64,000 nucleotides of DNA from Haplodiscus bocki. Taxonomy: Eukaryota. Below, piece after piece: positions 25,404-37,815 of the stretch. The stretch lies in contig OZ296652.1 in assembly GCA_965655095.1 (NCBI GenBank), positions 14,322,001 through 14,386,000 of the forward strand, written 5' to 3'. Positions within the stretch are counted from its first letter, which is position 1. Each line of letters opens with the position of its first letter. The notes under the pieces are model-generated. The model saw only the letters and a program-made list of their open reading frames with translations, searched no databases and was not told the origin of the DNA. Both the position numbers and the translations under genes were made by a program.

Positions 25404-26730
25404 TGAATTTTATCTGGTTTACAATGGTGTTTGTTTGATATTTCTATGATAATTATTACAAGAGTTCTGGGATTTTGTATCTACATGTATTAAGATGAGA
25501 ATTTGGCTTTGCATCACAACTTGATGTTTTAAATGCATTCGACTCAATTTTTGTTTATATTTTATATACTGTCCAAGATGCCCCTTACATACTGATTGCA
25601 CTCAAAAGTTGGCATCTCCAAAGTACAATACTGTGAAAAAGAAAAGGGACAGCTGAATATCCAAAAATATAGCCAACTTACAAGGAAATTTCAGGAACAA
25701 AAGTTTCTTAGGTTTTTATGTAGATTACAATGGTTTTTGTTTGAAAAAAATTGGATCAATAGAATACAAGATTTGTCATTTAGTCTAATAAAAGTCTCAC
25801 TCCTGGAGCCGTCATTTATTTTTACACATCTTGACATATTTAATGCATTTTAACCCATTTGGGAAAGCAATTCTACTTCGAGCCTAACATCCCTCAACTT
25901 CTGAAAGGCAGAAAGTGCATTTCAACCTAAAAACATCTGTGATTCTCATGAAAATCGATTGTTTAGACAGAAATTTACTTTTACATGTATTAAGATGGGG
26001 TATAGCATTTTTTGCATAAAACTTCTCTCTGCAATTTTTGGCAATTTCGAAAATTCAAATACTACTATTCAAATATACTACTGCCAGCGAAAAGATAAAA
26101 TATCGGCTCAAACCAAAAGAACTTGAAAATATAATTTCTTACATGAGCAAAAATGAGATTTTAGAAAATGGTACGAAATAACAGTTTGAGAGGGGTTCAC
26201 AAACCATCTAATAGCAGAACTTTCAAGCTTTTGGGATCGATTTTGTTAGCACAGATCTTGGAAGGCAAAACAATGAGAAGAGATATGTTAATTAAAGCCT
26301 CGATAACTTGCCTACATTGACTATAGAACGACGAAAATTAAAGTGTCCCAATTCTTTTTCATAGCCTTATGTTCCATATCTTTATCACAGCACTGTATTA
26401 AAACTTTCAAAGAAAATCAACAAAATTTGAATAATTGCATGGCCCAAAGTTAATACGTTGTAGAAGTTATTTCTCAAATTTTGATTTTCTTTGAAAGTGT
26501 AAATACTGGGGAGCTGTCAACTTTTGAGTTCAATTAGTAGGTAAGGGGGGCATCTTGACAGCATATAAAATGTAAAAAAATGATCTTAAAGCACCTAAAA
26601 CATGAGAAGTTGTGATGCAAAAACAAGTTCCTATCTTAATACATGTCGATACAAAATCCCAAAACTCTTGTTATATTTATCCCAGGAAGATTTTGAAAAA
26701 AAAACACCATTTTAAACTAGATGAAATTCT
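25404..26730. mobile_element. Foldback element with ~220-bp imperfect inverted arms
   Basis: 25404-25625 (gggattttgtatc.acatgtattaagat...tgcatcacaactt...caagatgcccc.ttac...ctcaaaagttg) is the reverse complement of about 26505-26730. Internal partial subrepeats at about 25700 and 25980. Confidence 0.85.
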
Positions 26731-28285
26731 CAGAAACTTTTATTTGGAACAGAGCTTATGATTTTCAGTTGTTTTTCAGTTTTACGCAAACATATGTATC
26801 GTTTCAATACTTATTACCAAAGAAGATTGACTCTTTAAAAACACTACGGCTATTTAATAATGCCTACACTGAATCCAACTGTAAAATAACTTTCGATTCT
26901 CTTCTTTTACGTCGTTCACTTCAAGAAAATATCCTGGTTTGAGTTATTTTGATGTGAAATATCTTCATATCGACCAACAACGGGGGCCCATGCCAGCGCC
27001 ACCCGCAAGGCTCAGTATACTTTATGGGCGCACCTTTAAGGTTTTGTCTTCTTCAGAATGATGAGTTGACAATCGCATATTTTTAGTCATTTTTTTGTCT
27101 CGCAAAGCCGGAATCATTCAGAGGGGGTTCACCTTGTTGTTTTAAAAATTTGTACGCTTTTCCGTACTGATTGTTTTATAGTTAGTCGTAGTAGTATATG
27201 TAATGACCAGTTACACCACAAAATACCCAAGGCCAAGATACCCAAGACTGAAACAACCATGCCAAATAAAAAATCAACAGCCTCTTAACGTTACAAATAC
27301 CCAAACTTTCTGAGTTCGCACAATTACTCAATTGATATCGTAATTATGATGCAAAATATTATTACTCCTTACAGTGAATTTGTATACGCCATTTTGAATA
27401 CGCTGCACAAAATTTCCACCACGTCTGACATCTACTATGCAAAAACTCACAATTTGGAAATTGAAATTTGAAAACTCGAGGACTTCACTGAAATTTATGA
27501 CAAAAACGAAATTTTGGACCGATCTGGAGTAGAAAAATGGGTATACCTAATAGGGGATGGGGCATCACAATTTTGTCTCATAGAGCCGAAAATTTTGTGG
27601 GGTACGCCTTTCTTTTTAGTAGTTTCCTTAAAAAATGTTCAAATCAGATTGTTTCTGTAAATGCCAAATTAGAAAATTTTGAGCGGCAACAACAACGAAA
27701 AGGACACGAAAAAATGCTAATTTCAAAACCTAAAAAAGTACAATTTCAGAATATTGTTTTTGCGTGAAAATTTTCGGACAGGAATAAAAAAAATGGACAA
27801 AACCGTTCATTTCCAAATTTTTTCTCGATACATAAGAAATCATGTACCCCCTGTGTATACAATTTTTTGAAACCCACTGCACTGCTGTCTTTCTGTAGAA
27901 GTAATTTTCTTTTAATATTTCGACTTCTAATATTTTGATCTGACACCACTAATATTTTAAATCATCATTAAAATTAGGCAGTTAGAGCGTCTCAAAACTT
28001 TCAGCGTTAATACGCTGTTAATTATTAATTAATTAGTATGGTTATTTCAATTTAGGGTATTTTGGGACTTTGGGTAACTTGGGGTCATGACCACTTTCCT
28101 TTTCGGAGCACACGAAATATCGACACTTCATTTTCGTGAAATACACGTTGAAAGTTGAAAAAACTAGTTCCTGTAATAATCGGGCCTTTTCTCTTAATAG
28201 TGAAAGCGCCGACTACAAGTATATCAACTAACCACAGAATTGGTGCAGCATGACTTGATACGGGCAGCCAACGTATCTTTCTCAC

Positions 28286-31200
28286 AGCTGTTGTTCCCTA
28301 GTACTGGGTTGGAACCATCTGTCGAACTGGAACGCTTCGTAGACGAAGAGTTGTTACTTCCTGGACTGGAGGGCTGATACTCTGATGACGACACGACTTT
28401 CCCATTGACCCAACTACTGCCCAAACTACTTGCCACTGTTTCGTCTTTGGACACTGAATCTAACGCCGTCTCGTTGCTACTTGAATTTGTTGAAGCTACT
28501 AATGTTGATGTCACTGTTGAATCTACTGATGCTGTATCTGGTTGCACTGTTTCGTTTTCTGCATCAGCAAGTTCGTTCGGGTTCCTGCGATATGATGTAT
28601 TTCGACGTACACTCAGTTGCCTCGTTTTTTGGTTGATCAGCAATGTTCCTTGCTGTTCGCTTTTGCTTCTATTCGTATCAACTTGTTCGCCCGAAGAGCT
28701 TTCATTGACTGCCGTGCTCGTGTGTTGCAACCATGTCTGTGATATAGCCCTGGCAATACTCGCATTCATTCGCCCGGGCATCGCTCCCGTGAAGGAGTTA
28801 TTGGCGGTTACTTGGACCATTTCACTTGTAGCCGACCGAGTCCGTTTACTGACACTTCGCTCTTCAAACGCAACTTTCTGCACTTTGCACGGCGCTTTGA
28901 AGTACATTTCCGTCGGTTCGAAAGTCGTCTCAGTTCTGGGCGTTTTTGTATTTTCTCGAACTTCAACACCATTATTATTGTTACTGGAAAATGACTCTGC
29001 TCGTTTGGTACTGGCAGCATCGCTGTCTTCAGAATCGGTTCGCTCAGATTCGCTCACTTTCCTCTTTGATGACGAACTTTGGCTCAAACTGCTTTGAGAG
29101 CTAGTACTATCCCGAGGCAGAATAGGTCTGTATTTTGTAACTGTGCGCGGAGCTTCGGCTGTTTTATCAAGTCTAGATAGCACCATAAGTTTGCGAGTTC
29201 CTTTTCCTATTTCCTTCGCAACGTTATGTTCAGAACTAACTATTTTCGGGGAATCAGTGTCAACTTTTTCTGCTTTCTTCATCATTGGGTTTCGCTTGGC
29301 TAGTAGAGCGTTCAAATGGATCCTTGATAGATCTCGACATTTGTACAAATGGATTTGCTGTCGTATGTGTTCTTCCGATTGCTGATTATCTTCGCTCGTT
29401 TCCTGGTCAAGATTGGGCATGTCCGACAGTTTTTCATCGCAAAGCGCCAAAAAAGCACTTGGTGAGCTTTCAGAAACGTTGCTTTTTGAGGAAAACGAAG
29501 ATTTATTTTCTGTTGCTAATTCAGAACAAAGCTCTGAAAGCTTTTCATCTGTAGCACCAATCAAATCGTTGACAATCAAATCGACATCAATGCCAATTGG
29601 TTTTTCCTCCGGTGTCTTCGGCGAGTTTTCTCTGCTCAGGTTGGTGAAGTCAGCTCGAGAACAGTCTCTAATTAGCACAGTTTTTACAACGTCATCCATG
29701 GAAGTCGGGGTTTTGATTGCACCGTTTCGGACTCGCCCCTTTTCCGACAAACATTTAGACTCGTTGCCAATTATCTCAACAGAAAAGACTCCAAGTCTAA
29801 TTTTGAACGCTTGTGGATTCGACATATGTCGTATGATTGTTTCATAAATCTTCAACCTTTTGGAGCTCCAATTACAGTTGCTGAAAATTTCGACACAGTC
29901 GCCGTTCAGGTAAACGTATCTGGACTCAAACTCGCTGAAATCTTTGCACTCATCAATCGCTTTCTCCAAGTTTTCGTCTTTAACTTTAGCACCATTTGAA
30001 CTCCTGGAGTCCGAGGACTCTTCGCCTTCTTCTACTGCAACCAAAGTCTTCTCCAAAAGCGCGGTTCTCCATTTTTCCATGATTTCAGTTTGCTTTGCCC
30101 GCGCTTTGTTTTTGGCAAAATATCGCGAGCTGACGGGTCTGCACCTAGCACAGCTTCGAAGAAATTTAACAGAATCAGTGCGAGCACATATCATTTTATC
30201 TTCATCTGTGACATACTCACTTCGCCTCATGAACGGATATTTCTTTTCGAAACTGTCTTCTCCGTCCGGAATTTCGTCAACTAAACCTGTCTCACTATCT
30301 CTATGGTTTTCCTTTTCTTCATTGCAGGACAATTCAGTTTTTACGGCAACATCGTCGTCAGCTGATTGTAAAGCAGCCTCAAGAAACGCGTCTACAGGAA
30401 TGAGAGAAGGTTTTACAATTTTGTCGGTCATTGAAACCGATGTCACAGAATGCGGTATTTCTTCAGGTTGGCAATGCCGTGAAATGTGCATGTCGTCTGA
30501 AGAACTTGGAGTATCAGGCGGCATTTCTGAGATGACAGAGTCAAGAAGAGTATTTAACATTTGGTTTTGATCATCTAAAAAATCGTCGCCTTCATCGGAC
30601 CCGTCAATCATGAGATCTATCATCTCTTCTTCGACCTGCTCTTCACCGATTGCTTTCTTTCGCGGAGGTTTTTCTCGTCTTTCTTTCTTTTTACTGATTT
30701 CTGCTGGTTTTTTCTTTTTCTCCTTTTTTGCCACTTTCTGAGCAGTCGTGGGTTTCTCAATTGCCCTTTTCACACAACACTTTTCAACTTTTTTCACAAT
30801 TTTTCTAGCCTGTTCTTTTTTCTTGAACCCTTTTTTGGCTGTTATGGTAGCTGATATTTTCAACTGTTCAGAATTTATTGGTGATTTTGTTTTTGTACCC
30901 TTTTTTACTTTTTTCTGCCCCTTTTTTTGCTGACGTAACAACCAAGCTGTGAGTTGTGGAGAAAAAGAAGACTTCTGAGACATTTTATCCAGTAAAATCT
31001 TTTTCAAGGGAACCTCAGGTCTCTGTAACTTTGGAGATGAAGATCTTTCTCGACTTTCCTTCAAGGAAGACGTCAAGCTTTTCTTTGGAGCATCTAAAGT
31101 CCTCTTCGACGAAACCTTGCCGCGATTTTGATCGTTCTGCTTTTTAGCATCATGGCCCAAGAGAGTAAGTTTTCTACGTGGTGAAATTTCAAACTTGACA

Positions 31201-32455
31201 CTACTATCCGAAGGCTCCTTAGGTTTTCTTTGGTACGTTGATGTTATGACTGCAAAGTCGCTAATTTTACTGGGCGGGCGAACATTTCTTTTCGGTCGTT
31301 GGGCGACAAACGCGAAAACTGGTTTAGCTTCATCGTCGGTTCCGCTGAATGACAAGAGCACCGGTTTGCAAGTACAGTTGAAAATGCATTCAATCAACCC
31401 ACAGGAATCTTGACGAACAAACTCGGTTTTGACTGAATCACAAACACAGCCTAACAAACAATGAATTTCGCCACAAGCGAAGTTGGGCTCCAAAATACTA
31501 TCGTCAGGTCTTTCGGCGAACTCGATCACTTCCTCCGTGAACGGGTCGTTTATCTTGCCTCTGTTTCTCGTTCGTATGATGTTGGAATACTTTTTGAACC
31601 TTACAATTGCTGAAACATCGTCTTCGTCTAAGTTCATGGGCGATGCCTCTCTTGACATGGAAGAAACAGGAGACTCCGTGGAAGTTGGAGTAGGACTACT
31701 TCCTGCGGCAGCAACAATCGTTGAAATTTCTTCCGAGGTTTCTTCATTCACTATTTCGGTCAGTTTTTCACTTTCAGGAATAGGACTTTCTATTGGCGAA
31801 ATTTCAACACTGTCCAAAACTGAGCTACCAGTTTCCACACTTGAATCTAACTGATTTTCAACTTTTGACCAAATTAGGGATTTGATCATTTCTTCCAAGT
31901 TCTGTTTAGAAAGGTTTTCGTTCTCATGACGTTTTGCTCGCACTACTTGTTTTCGTTCGACTGGAGCTTTCAGACTTCTTGTTGAAGATCCTTCGCTTTC
32001 TTTTCGAGGTCTAGATGGTGGTGCCCGACTCCATATATGGGAAACTTCTTTCAGGGCGTTCAGATAGTACGTATCAAGTACAGTCACTGGAGGCAAATCA
32101 AATTTAGCTTTCGTCAGCTTTCCATTTCTTTTTGATGACAGAATAATATCGGTTGCAGCTTTCATGCCCCCACATTTAATCACTGATAGTCGATAATCGA
32201 TGTTGTTTTCTACACCCTTCTTATAGCATGCTAATTTAAACAGAAGTTGCTTCACTTTTAGGTCGGAGAACTTCTTAGTCAAGTAATGATACAAAGTTTC
32301 ATCGTTTGAAAACTTGCTAATACGGGTCTTCAATTCAGATCGAAAAGGATCTACTTCGGGTAAACTGAAAACTGCTTTACTCATTATGAGATGCTTGCTA
32401 CCCCTTATTGGGAAAACTTCCAAAACTGATTGTCCTACGCTGGGATCATCTAAAT
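28286..32455 (-). CDS. MGA: MGA (MAX gene-associated)/Ocm-family transcriptional regulator, large coding exon
   Basis: Uninterrupted ORF 28224-32615. It contains CGEIHCLLGCVCDS...SCGLIECIFNCTC (MGA Cys domain, cf. CxxxFCRLGCVCxS...CxxxDCMFGCTC), SCARCRP (cf. CARVRV) and VEIFSNCNWSSKRLKI...IRLGVFSVEI (cf. IEIISDCNWEEDRNKIL...LKVGSFIIEL), with Ser/Lys-rich disordered linkers. Acceptor tttttttcag| at 32455. Candidate donor |gtgaga at about 28285; otherwise the ORF runs to the stop at 28224. Confidence 0.85.
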
Positions 32456-33009
32456 CTGAAAAAAAATTCAAAATATTCAAACGAACAAGAGGACAAAATG
32501 AAGGCACACAGAAGGGAAGGCCAAAACGTGCTTTCTTTTTACTTTTAATTCGAAAAATTCCAATTAACAGAAGTCTTTGGAACTTCGTCGAAAATCTTTC
32601 GCAAAACCGGCCCAATGTAACACAATGTCAAGAGCCAAAATATTTGTCCAGCAGCAATAAAATTTTTTGCTCGGCGATTTTCTACAAAAATTGATACTTT
32701 GGGAAATTCGGAATATTGTTTTGGAAAAATTGTACAAAAAACTCGAATTGGTTCTTATGAATCTGCAACCATGTTTCAAATATTTACGAAAATGTGATTT
32801 TATTTTTCTATAGTCATAATTTTATAGATGGACTCATCAAATTCCAAATTAAACGAAGAATATTAAAAGATATTCATCAAGGATGCTAGGCATTGAGCGC
32901 ATCTTATTGATATTAATGCCATTTCTTTGCATTCTAAGCAATCCTTCGAATGCTTTTCCAACGAAGTCAGAGAGATCAAATCAGGGGAAAGATCAAAAAC
33001 TTGTCTCAC

Positions 33010-35228
33010 ACTTTTCTCCAATTCGATAAATTGCGAATCCATCACTAGTTCTGCTGCCATTTGCTTCTTGTTTACAGTAACTTGTTCGTATCAATCTGAC
33101 AACTTCATTATTTTCCTTTCATATATAAATATGGAAGGAAAATCATTCACTCAACGCCAACGTTTTTTACGCTTACTTGCCAATTGATAATATTGGATGT
33201 CGACGTTCTGAATTTGAAATTTTTTCATCAACAAATTTGTCGTAGGATGCGATTGTAAGAGAACTTCTCAAATACGTGAGAAATTTGAGGTTTTTCTTTG
33301 AAAAAAAAAACGATAGTTTCTTTGAAAAAAAACTTGATATCAAAAGTGTTAAAGATGGCAGATGTAGAATGTATCAAATGTTATTACTTCATAAAAATAT
33401 CTTTCTTTTCCACCTGAATTGAAGTTTTTCGCAGATATCAGAAAAATTTCAAATTTGGAAAAACTGTCAAAGTTTGCTGAAGATATTTTTTTCGAAAAAA
33501 CGCTTTCATCCTTCGAAAAGGCATCTTTAGCACAGTTAGAGGGCGGAAATAATGCCGGTGATGATCGGCTTCTTTGCCGTTCCTTTAATGCCGTCCAGGG
33601 TGTGTGAGAGTTCGTTGCGTGAGAGAATGAAGGACGTGCCACAATCAATAGTAGTTGAATTATTAGATTTTGGATGAGAATGCATTGGTGCAGCACTCTC
33701 ATCTGTCAGTTCTAGTCTCACTTTGGTTGGGGGTGTTGCAGTTCTAACAAAGGTACAGTGTTTTCCAGGTGCATGACAGGTCGTCCTTATAGCTGCTGAG
33801 AAAATAGTTTCAACATAGATTCAGTAGGTTTTGTTTGTCTACAATCGTAAGTATTCTTGTGATAATTGCAGTTTAGAAGACTTGTTCTAATAAAGAAGTT
33901 GTCGTTTGTAATCTGCAGTCTTGTCGGTTGTACTTGAACTCAATTCGATCACTTCGTCTCCTTTGGTTCAACTGGTTCCAACAACTTGGTCCAACAGAGA
34001 AAAGTAAACGTTTTCGATGATCAAATATTTCCACTTAGGCATTAACTGAGTCAACCTTCACCAAGCATTAGTCAACTTTACAACAGAGACAGAGTTTGCC
34101 AGCTTCAAATAAAATTTTCGACCGTATGATCCAGTTTTTGCACTTTTGCACCTACGTTTCCGATGATGATTTTGTCCAAGGCTCAAGGATATCACCCGTG
34201 TTAGGCCTTATTGAAGACAGCAGAATGTCTGATACACTTTGGCACATCATAGCAGACGGACCAGACCCAACAGTACACTGCTGGTTTCATCTGCTATTCT
34301 TTCCGCAGTTTCGTCTCAACCTCTTCTCGCGGAAGCTCAAAGGCCGTTAGAACCAATGTTTAACAGCCTCTGAAAATGTAGAATAAAAAAGACCAGTTTT
34401 AATTTCTTATATGTTGAAACTTTCCAATAAATAAAAGAGAGGTGACGCTGGGCTTCGCAAACATTTGAGACGAAGGTGAGGAAAGGCATTAACTGATTGC
34501 CCACTGACGAAATCTGTTCAATTGATTCTCGTGAAGTTTTCAAAATAGCAAAATTAACAGAGAACGTTTGCACCGAAAACAAAATGGAAGTAAAACTGCT
34601 TAAAAGCAACCCTACTTATCACAATTCAACTTAGGCATTGAATGACCTCGATCTAACCGATACGCTCTGAAAAAAAAATGAAATGAATGACTGCAATACT
34701 GACTGCTGCTAAAGGTGGCAAATTGTTTCCGAAAACAGCATTCTGTTAGAGAATTATAGAAATTTGGAAGTTCGAACTGGAACAATTTCCGAAAGTTGAA
34801 TGAGAGCGGAGATCCCTGGCTTTTAGCAGGATTTATCAATTGCAAGTAGTTGGCTCACCAGCGGGTTGCAATAAAATCAAAGTTGTTCAGGATAACCACT
34901 CGTGAGAACATTATTCTGCTGAGCTTATCAACTAAATTTCGAAGTATAAATTGTTTTTTTTTCTGGATAGTGTATGAAAAAACAGATTCGTGGGGATTTC
35001 AGATTTTTTAAGCTTCCTTTTAAAGCAAAACTAAACTTGGAAGAATGCAAGTAAAAATATTGTTCGAGGAACTCAGTCACTTCATTTGGCTCAAAAATAT
35101 ATCAATATATCGCAGTTCACATTGAAGTATACCCTGAATAGTACGAAAATAGATGGCCCTAACTTTCAGCAGACTTACCTAATTGCGAATAGTTGTAATA
35201 AAAGAAGAGTATTACAATCCGATCTCGT
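33010..35228 (-). pseudogene. Possible decayed multi-exon CUB-domain gene
   Basis: Several AG...GT-bounded segments carry CUB-like peptide pieces: LTSGYPE (~34890), TLVLTAFEL and CYD (34230-34360), SYKDDLSCTW / PPTKVRLELTD / IDCG (33630-33794) and SDGFAIY (~33040). The joined frames contain stops. Confidence 0.3.
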
Positions 35229-35259
35229 CTGGAAAAGCTAATGTATATTACTGATTTGC

Positions 35260-35767
35260 GCCATATTATTCACAAGATGAAAGCAAAATCTTCCTCTCGA
35301 ATGGAACGTTTTTTCTGCCCGAAGTTTGCCAATTGCGTTCACGCCACATCGGCAGTTTGTTCACGTTTCTGAACGTATTTTTTTTTCACCAAATTGTAGA
35401 ACATTTGCCGTTGAATGCGACTGAAATAATAAGATTTCTCAAAACGTTCAATATTTGGGTCTTTTTTGAAAAAAAAGATGAGTTTTTCGAGAGAAAGCTT
35501 GACTTTTTTCAAAATCGCTAAAGGAGGCAAATTTGCAGTAGAATGCGCATCAAATGGTATTATTTCTTAAAAATGTCTTTTCCGCCCTAATTATGAGGAT
35601 TTTTTGGCAAAAAAATCTTGAAAACTTTGAACGGTGGAAAAATTGGAAAATATGAGTTTGTTTTTTTCGAGAAAAAAAATGTTTTCATCTTTTCGAAAGC
35701 GTTAGAAGCCTTATTTACAAAAATGGGAAGGCGCAAAATTTGCCGGTGGTAGCCGGTCGTCTTGTTG
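35260..35767 (-). repeat. Non-autonomous repeat family copy, inverted relative to 37816-39270
   Basis: ggaacgttttt..gcccga.gtttgccaattgcgttcacg...caccaaattgtag...gccg.gaatgcgactgaa is the reverse complement of 38610-38790 and 39100-39230. Confidence 0.85.
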
Positions 35768-35927
35768 AATATCCATTTCCCAGGCTCCAACATTTATCTC
35801 CTTTCCGCCTTAATACTTACATTAACACGGCAAAAAAGAGAAGTTACTGAATTTGAATTTCAGCAATTTGGACCATTTTTTTTTCATTTTTAACCAAGAA
35901 ACGAAGCAAAAGAATATGAAAAAACAG

Positions 35928-36510
35928 TGATTGGATTCATTTGGAACTTAAATCAAATTGTGCTAGCTTCAGATGCTCAAGAATAATTTCATACAAAAAA
36001 CGGCTCATCAGAAAGTGCTTACAGTTGAAGATAATCGAAAAGGGCGAAATCATTGCCTGATGATTGCTGCGACTGCAATTGAAAGCTATCATCCGAAGCC
36101 AATTAGAGCTTCACACTTGTGTCTGGACAATAAAAAGGGTCCTTGGGGGAGGGGGTCGAATATTGAATCAAATGAATCAAAAATTAGATTTGGAGGCCAC
36201 TGAATGAAAATTTTGGCTTGAATTCAATATATATATTTATATACATTTTGCATTCTCAAAGTCTCTTGCAACAAAAAAACTACCGAATAATCAGAAATTC
36301 AAACTGAGTTAGTTCTTGTAAACTCAAAACCACGAGGTTTCCGCTTTTGAAACAGAGAGGCGAAGCTGCGCGCAAATCGAATACTAGTGGCCACAACTGA
36401 ATCCTTGTGAACGAATCGAACAAGTATAACTGTTTTATAGGGGTCATGGTATTACCAAAACTACTAATTAAACAATTGAACAGAAATTCAATTAACTCTT
36501 CTCATAAACT
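35928..36510 (+). mobile_element. Internally deleted copy of the Helitron-like family at 16370-17326
   Basis: Shares tgattggattcatttggaacttaaatcaaat.gtgctagcttca and cagaaagtgctta...ggccactga...ttgcattctc, followed by agaggcgaagc...aatactagt (36356-36388). Confidence 0.65.
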
Positions 36511-36605
36511 TTCACACAAGTGTAATAAGCACGAGGGTACATACAAGTATCTGTATGCTTATAATTAATTCGCTTTATGTTTAATATGAAATTTCCAATT
36601 ATCGG

Positions 36606-36754
36606 GCACAAATAGCTCAGTTGGTAGAGCAAGCGACTGTGGCTCGAACGTTCGTAGATTCGAGCCTAAGACACACATTTGTCGCCTTGCTCAATTCAAG
36701 GAATTTTTGTTAGTGGTTAACGGATTAGAAAAAAATGAGACTGTGTTATAACAC
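36606..36754 (+). mobile_element. tRNA-derived SINE (pseudo-tRNA head)
   Basis: A-box TAGCTCAGTTGG, anticodon-like loop ctGTGgc and B-box-like AGATTCGAGCC, with no intact acceptor stem. The 3' body (aacggat..gaaaaaaat..gactgtgt.ataaca) is shared with 39289-39430. Confidence 0.7.
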
Positions 36755-37620
36755 TTGCTTGCACAAGAGTAATAAATGCTGGATGGATGTATTTGGAATG
36801 AAAGTTTTTTTTGGAAAACACTCTCAAAGAGACAATAATTTTTTCTGAATTCCAAAATTAGAATTTAAAGGTTTATTTACTACTCATTCAGAACCATTTG
36901 CAGGAAAAGAGGACACATGATGAAATAAATAGATGAATACAACAGCGAGCGCTTGTAAAACTTCAAATTTCAGTGAGAACGCATATTTTGAGAGTTGGAA
37001 ACGCACGAAAAAAAAATGGTAGGTGTCCGTAATACAAGCTTCGATCAGTCGCTTGTGCAATAGAGGCAAAGGTCTTGAATGTAGAAGTTTTTCCAAAAAA
37101 ATACCGATTTTGATGAGTTTCTGGGGCAACAAAATTTTAGCATGTAGAGCACTAGTCTCCTGGTTTTGACAATGGAAAATCAGGGTCGTTTGTTAGACCA
37201 AACTTTCGGAATATAGGCCAAAAATTTGACAAACATTGTTGAAAGCAGCCAAAAAGAACCCGATTCACAGGTTTCCCTCGAAAAAAACCTATCAAAAAAC
37301 TTTCGTATCGCAACCAAATCTGGGTCTTTTTTAGAGTCCACTTCTGCGTATGGAGTAATTAAACAAAAAATATTCAAAATAACTCGATTTCCAAGATTCA
37401 TTCGGAGAAAAATCCCACGAAAAATTGACGACGAAGCCACAATTAAATGTCTGATAGATTGGAGTCGCCTCTTTATGCTAGTAGAAAAATCAAGCAGAAT
37501 GAAAAATTAAATACCAATATAAAAGACTTCAAATTTAAAAATACTTCGAAATAAAACAGCTCGATTTCGAAAAAAAACCTTAGATTGTCATCCAACCAAT
37601 TGACGAATTTTGTCAAAAAC

Positions 37621-37790
37621 AGAGGCGAAGCTGTGCTTCGCAACGCTTGCACCATCGAAATACTGGTGAACAAATCGACTAACTATACCTGATTTTTGAC
37701 GAGGCGACGATACTATTAATACTACTGATAACAAGTGTACAGAAACTCAGAAAATTCTTGTACATTTAAAAACAAGTAATAAACGCTCTA
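37621..37790 (+). repeat. Hairpin module copy (same family as 15721-15890)
   Basis: agagGCGAAGCtgtGCTTCGCaac...gtgaacaaatcgact...ataacaagtgtacagaaactcag. Confidence 0.8.
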
Positions 37791-37815
37791 ATATTTCATT
37801 AGATTGATATTTTGA

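Noticed and set aside
32456-32615. N-terminal 53 aa of the 1463-aa track ORF
   Set aside because: Non-ATG start and a pyrimidine tract ending in a strong acceptor; most likely intron sequence.
28405-32694. Many plus-strand ORFs up to 230 aa
   Set aside because: Antisense shadows of the long MGA-like exon.
36606-36680. Functional tRNA-His(GTG)
   Set aside because: The acceptor and T stems do not pair, and the 3' flank is shared with a second diverged copy, so it is SINE-like.
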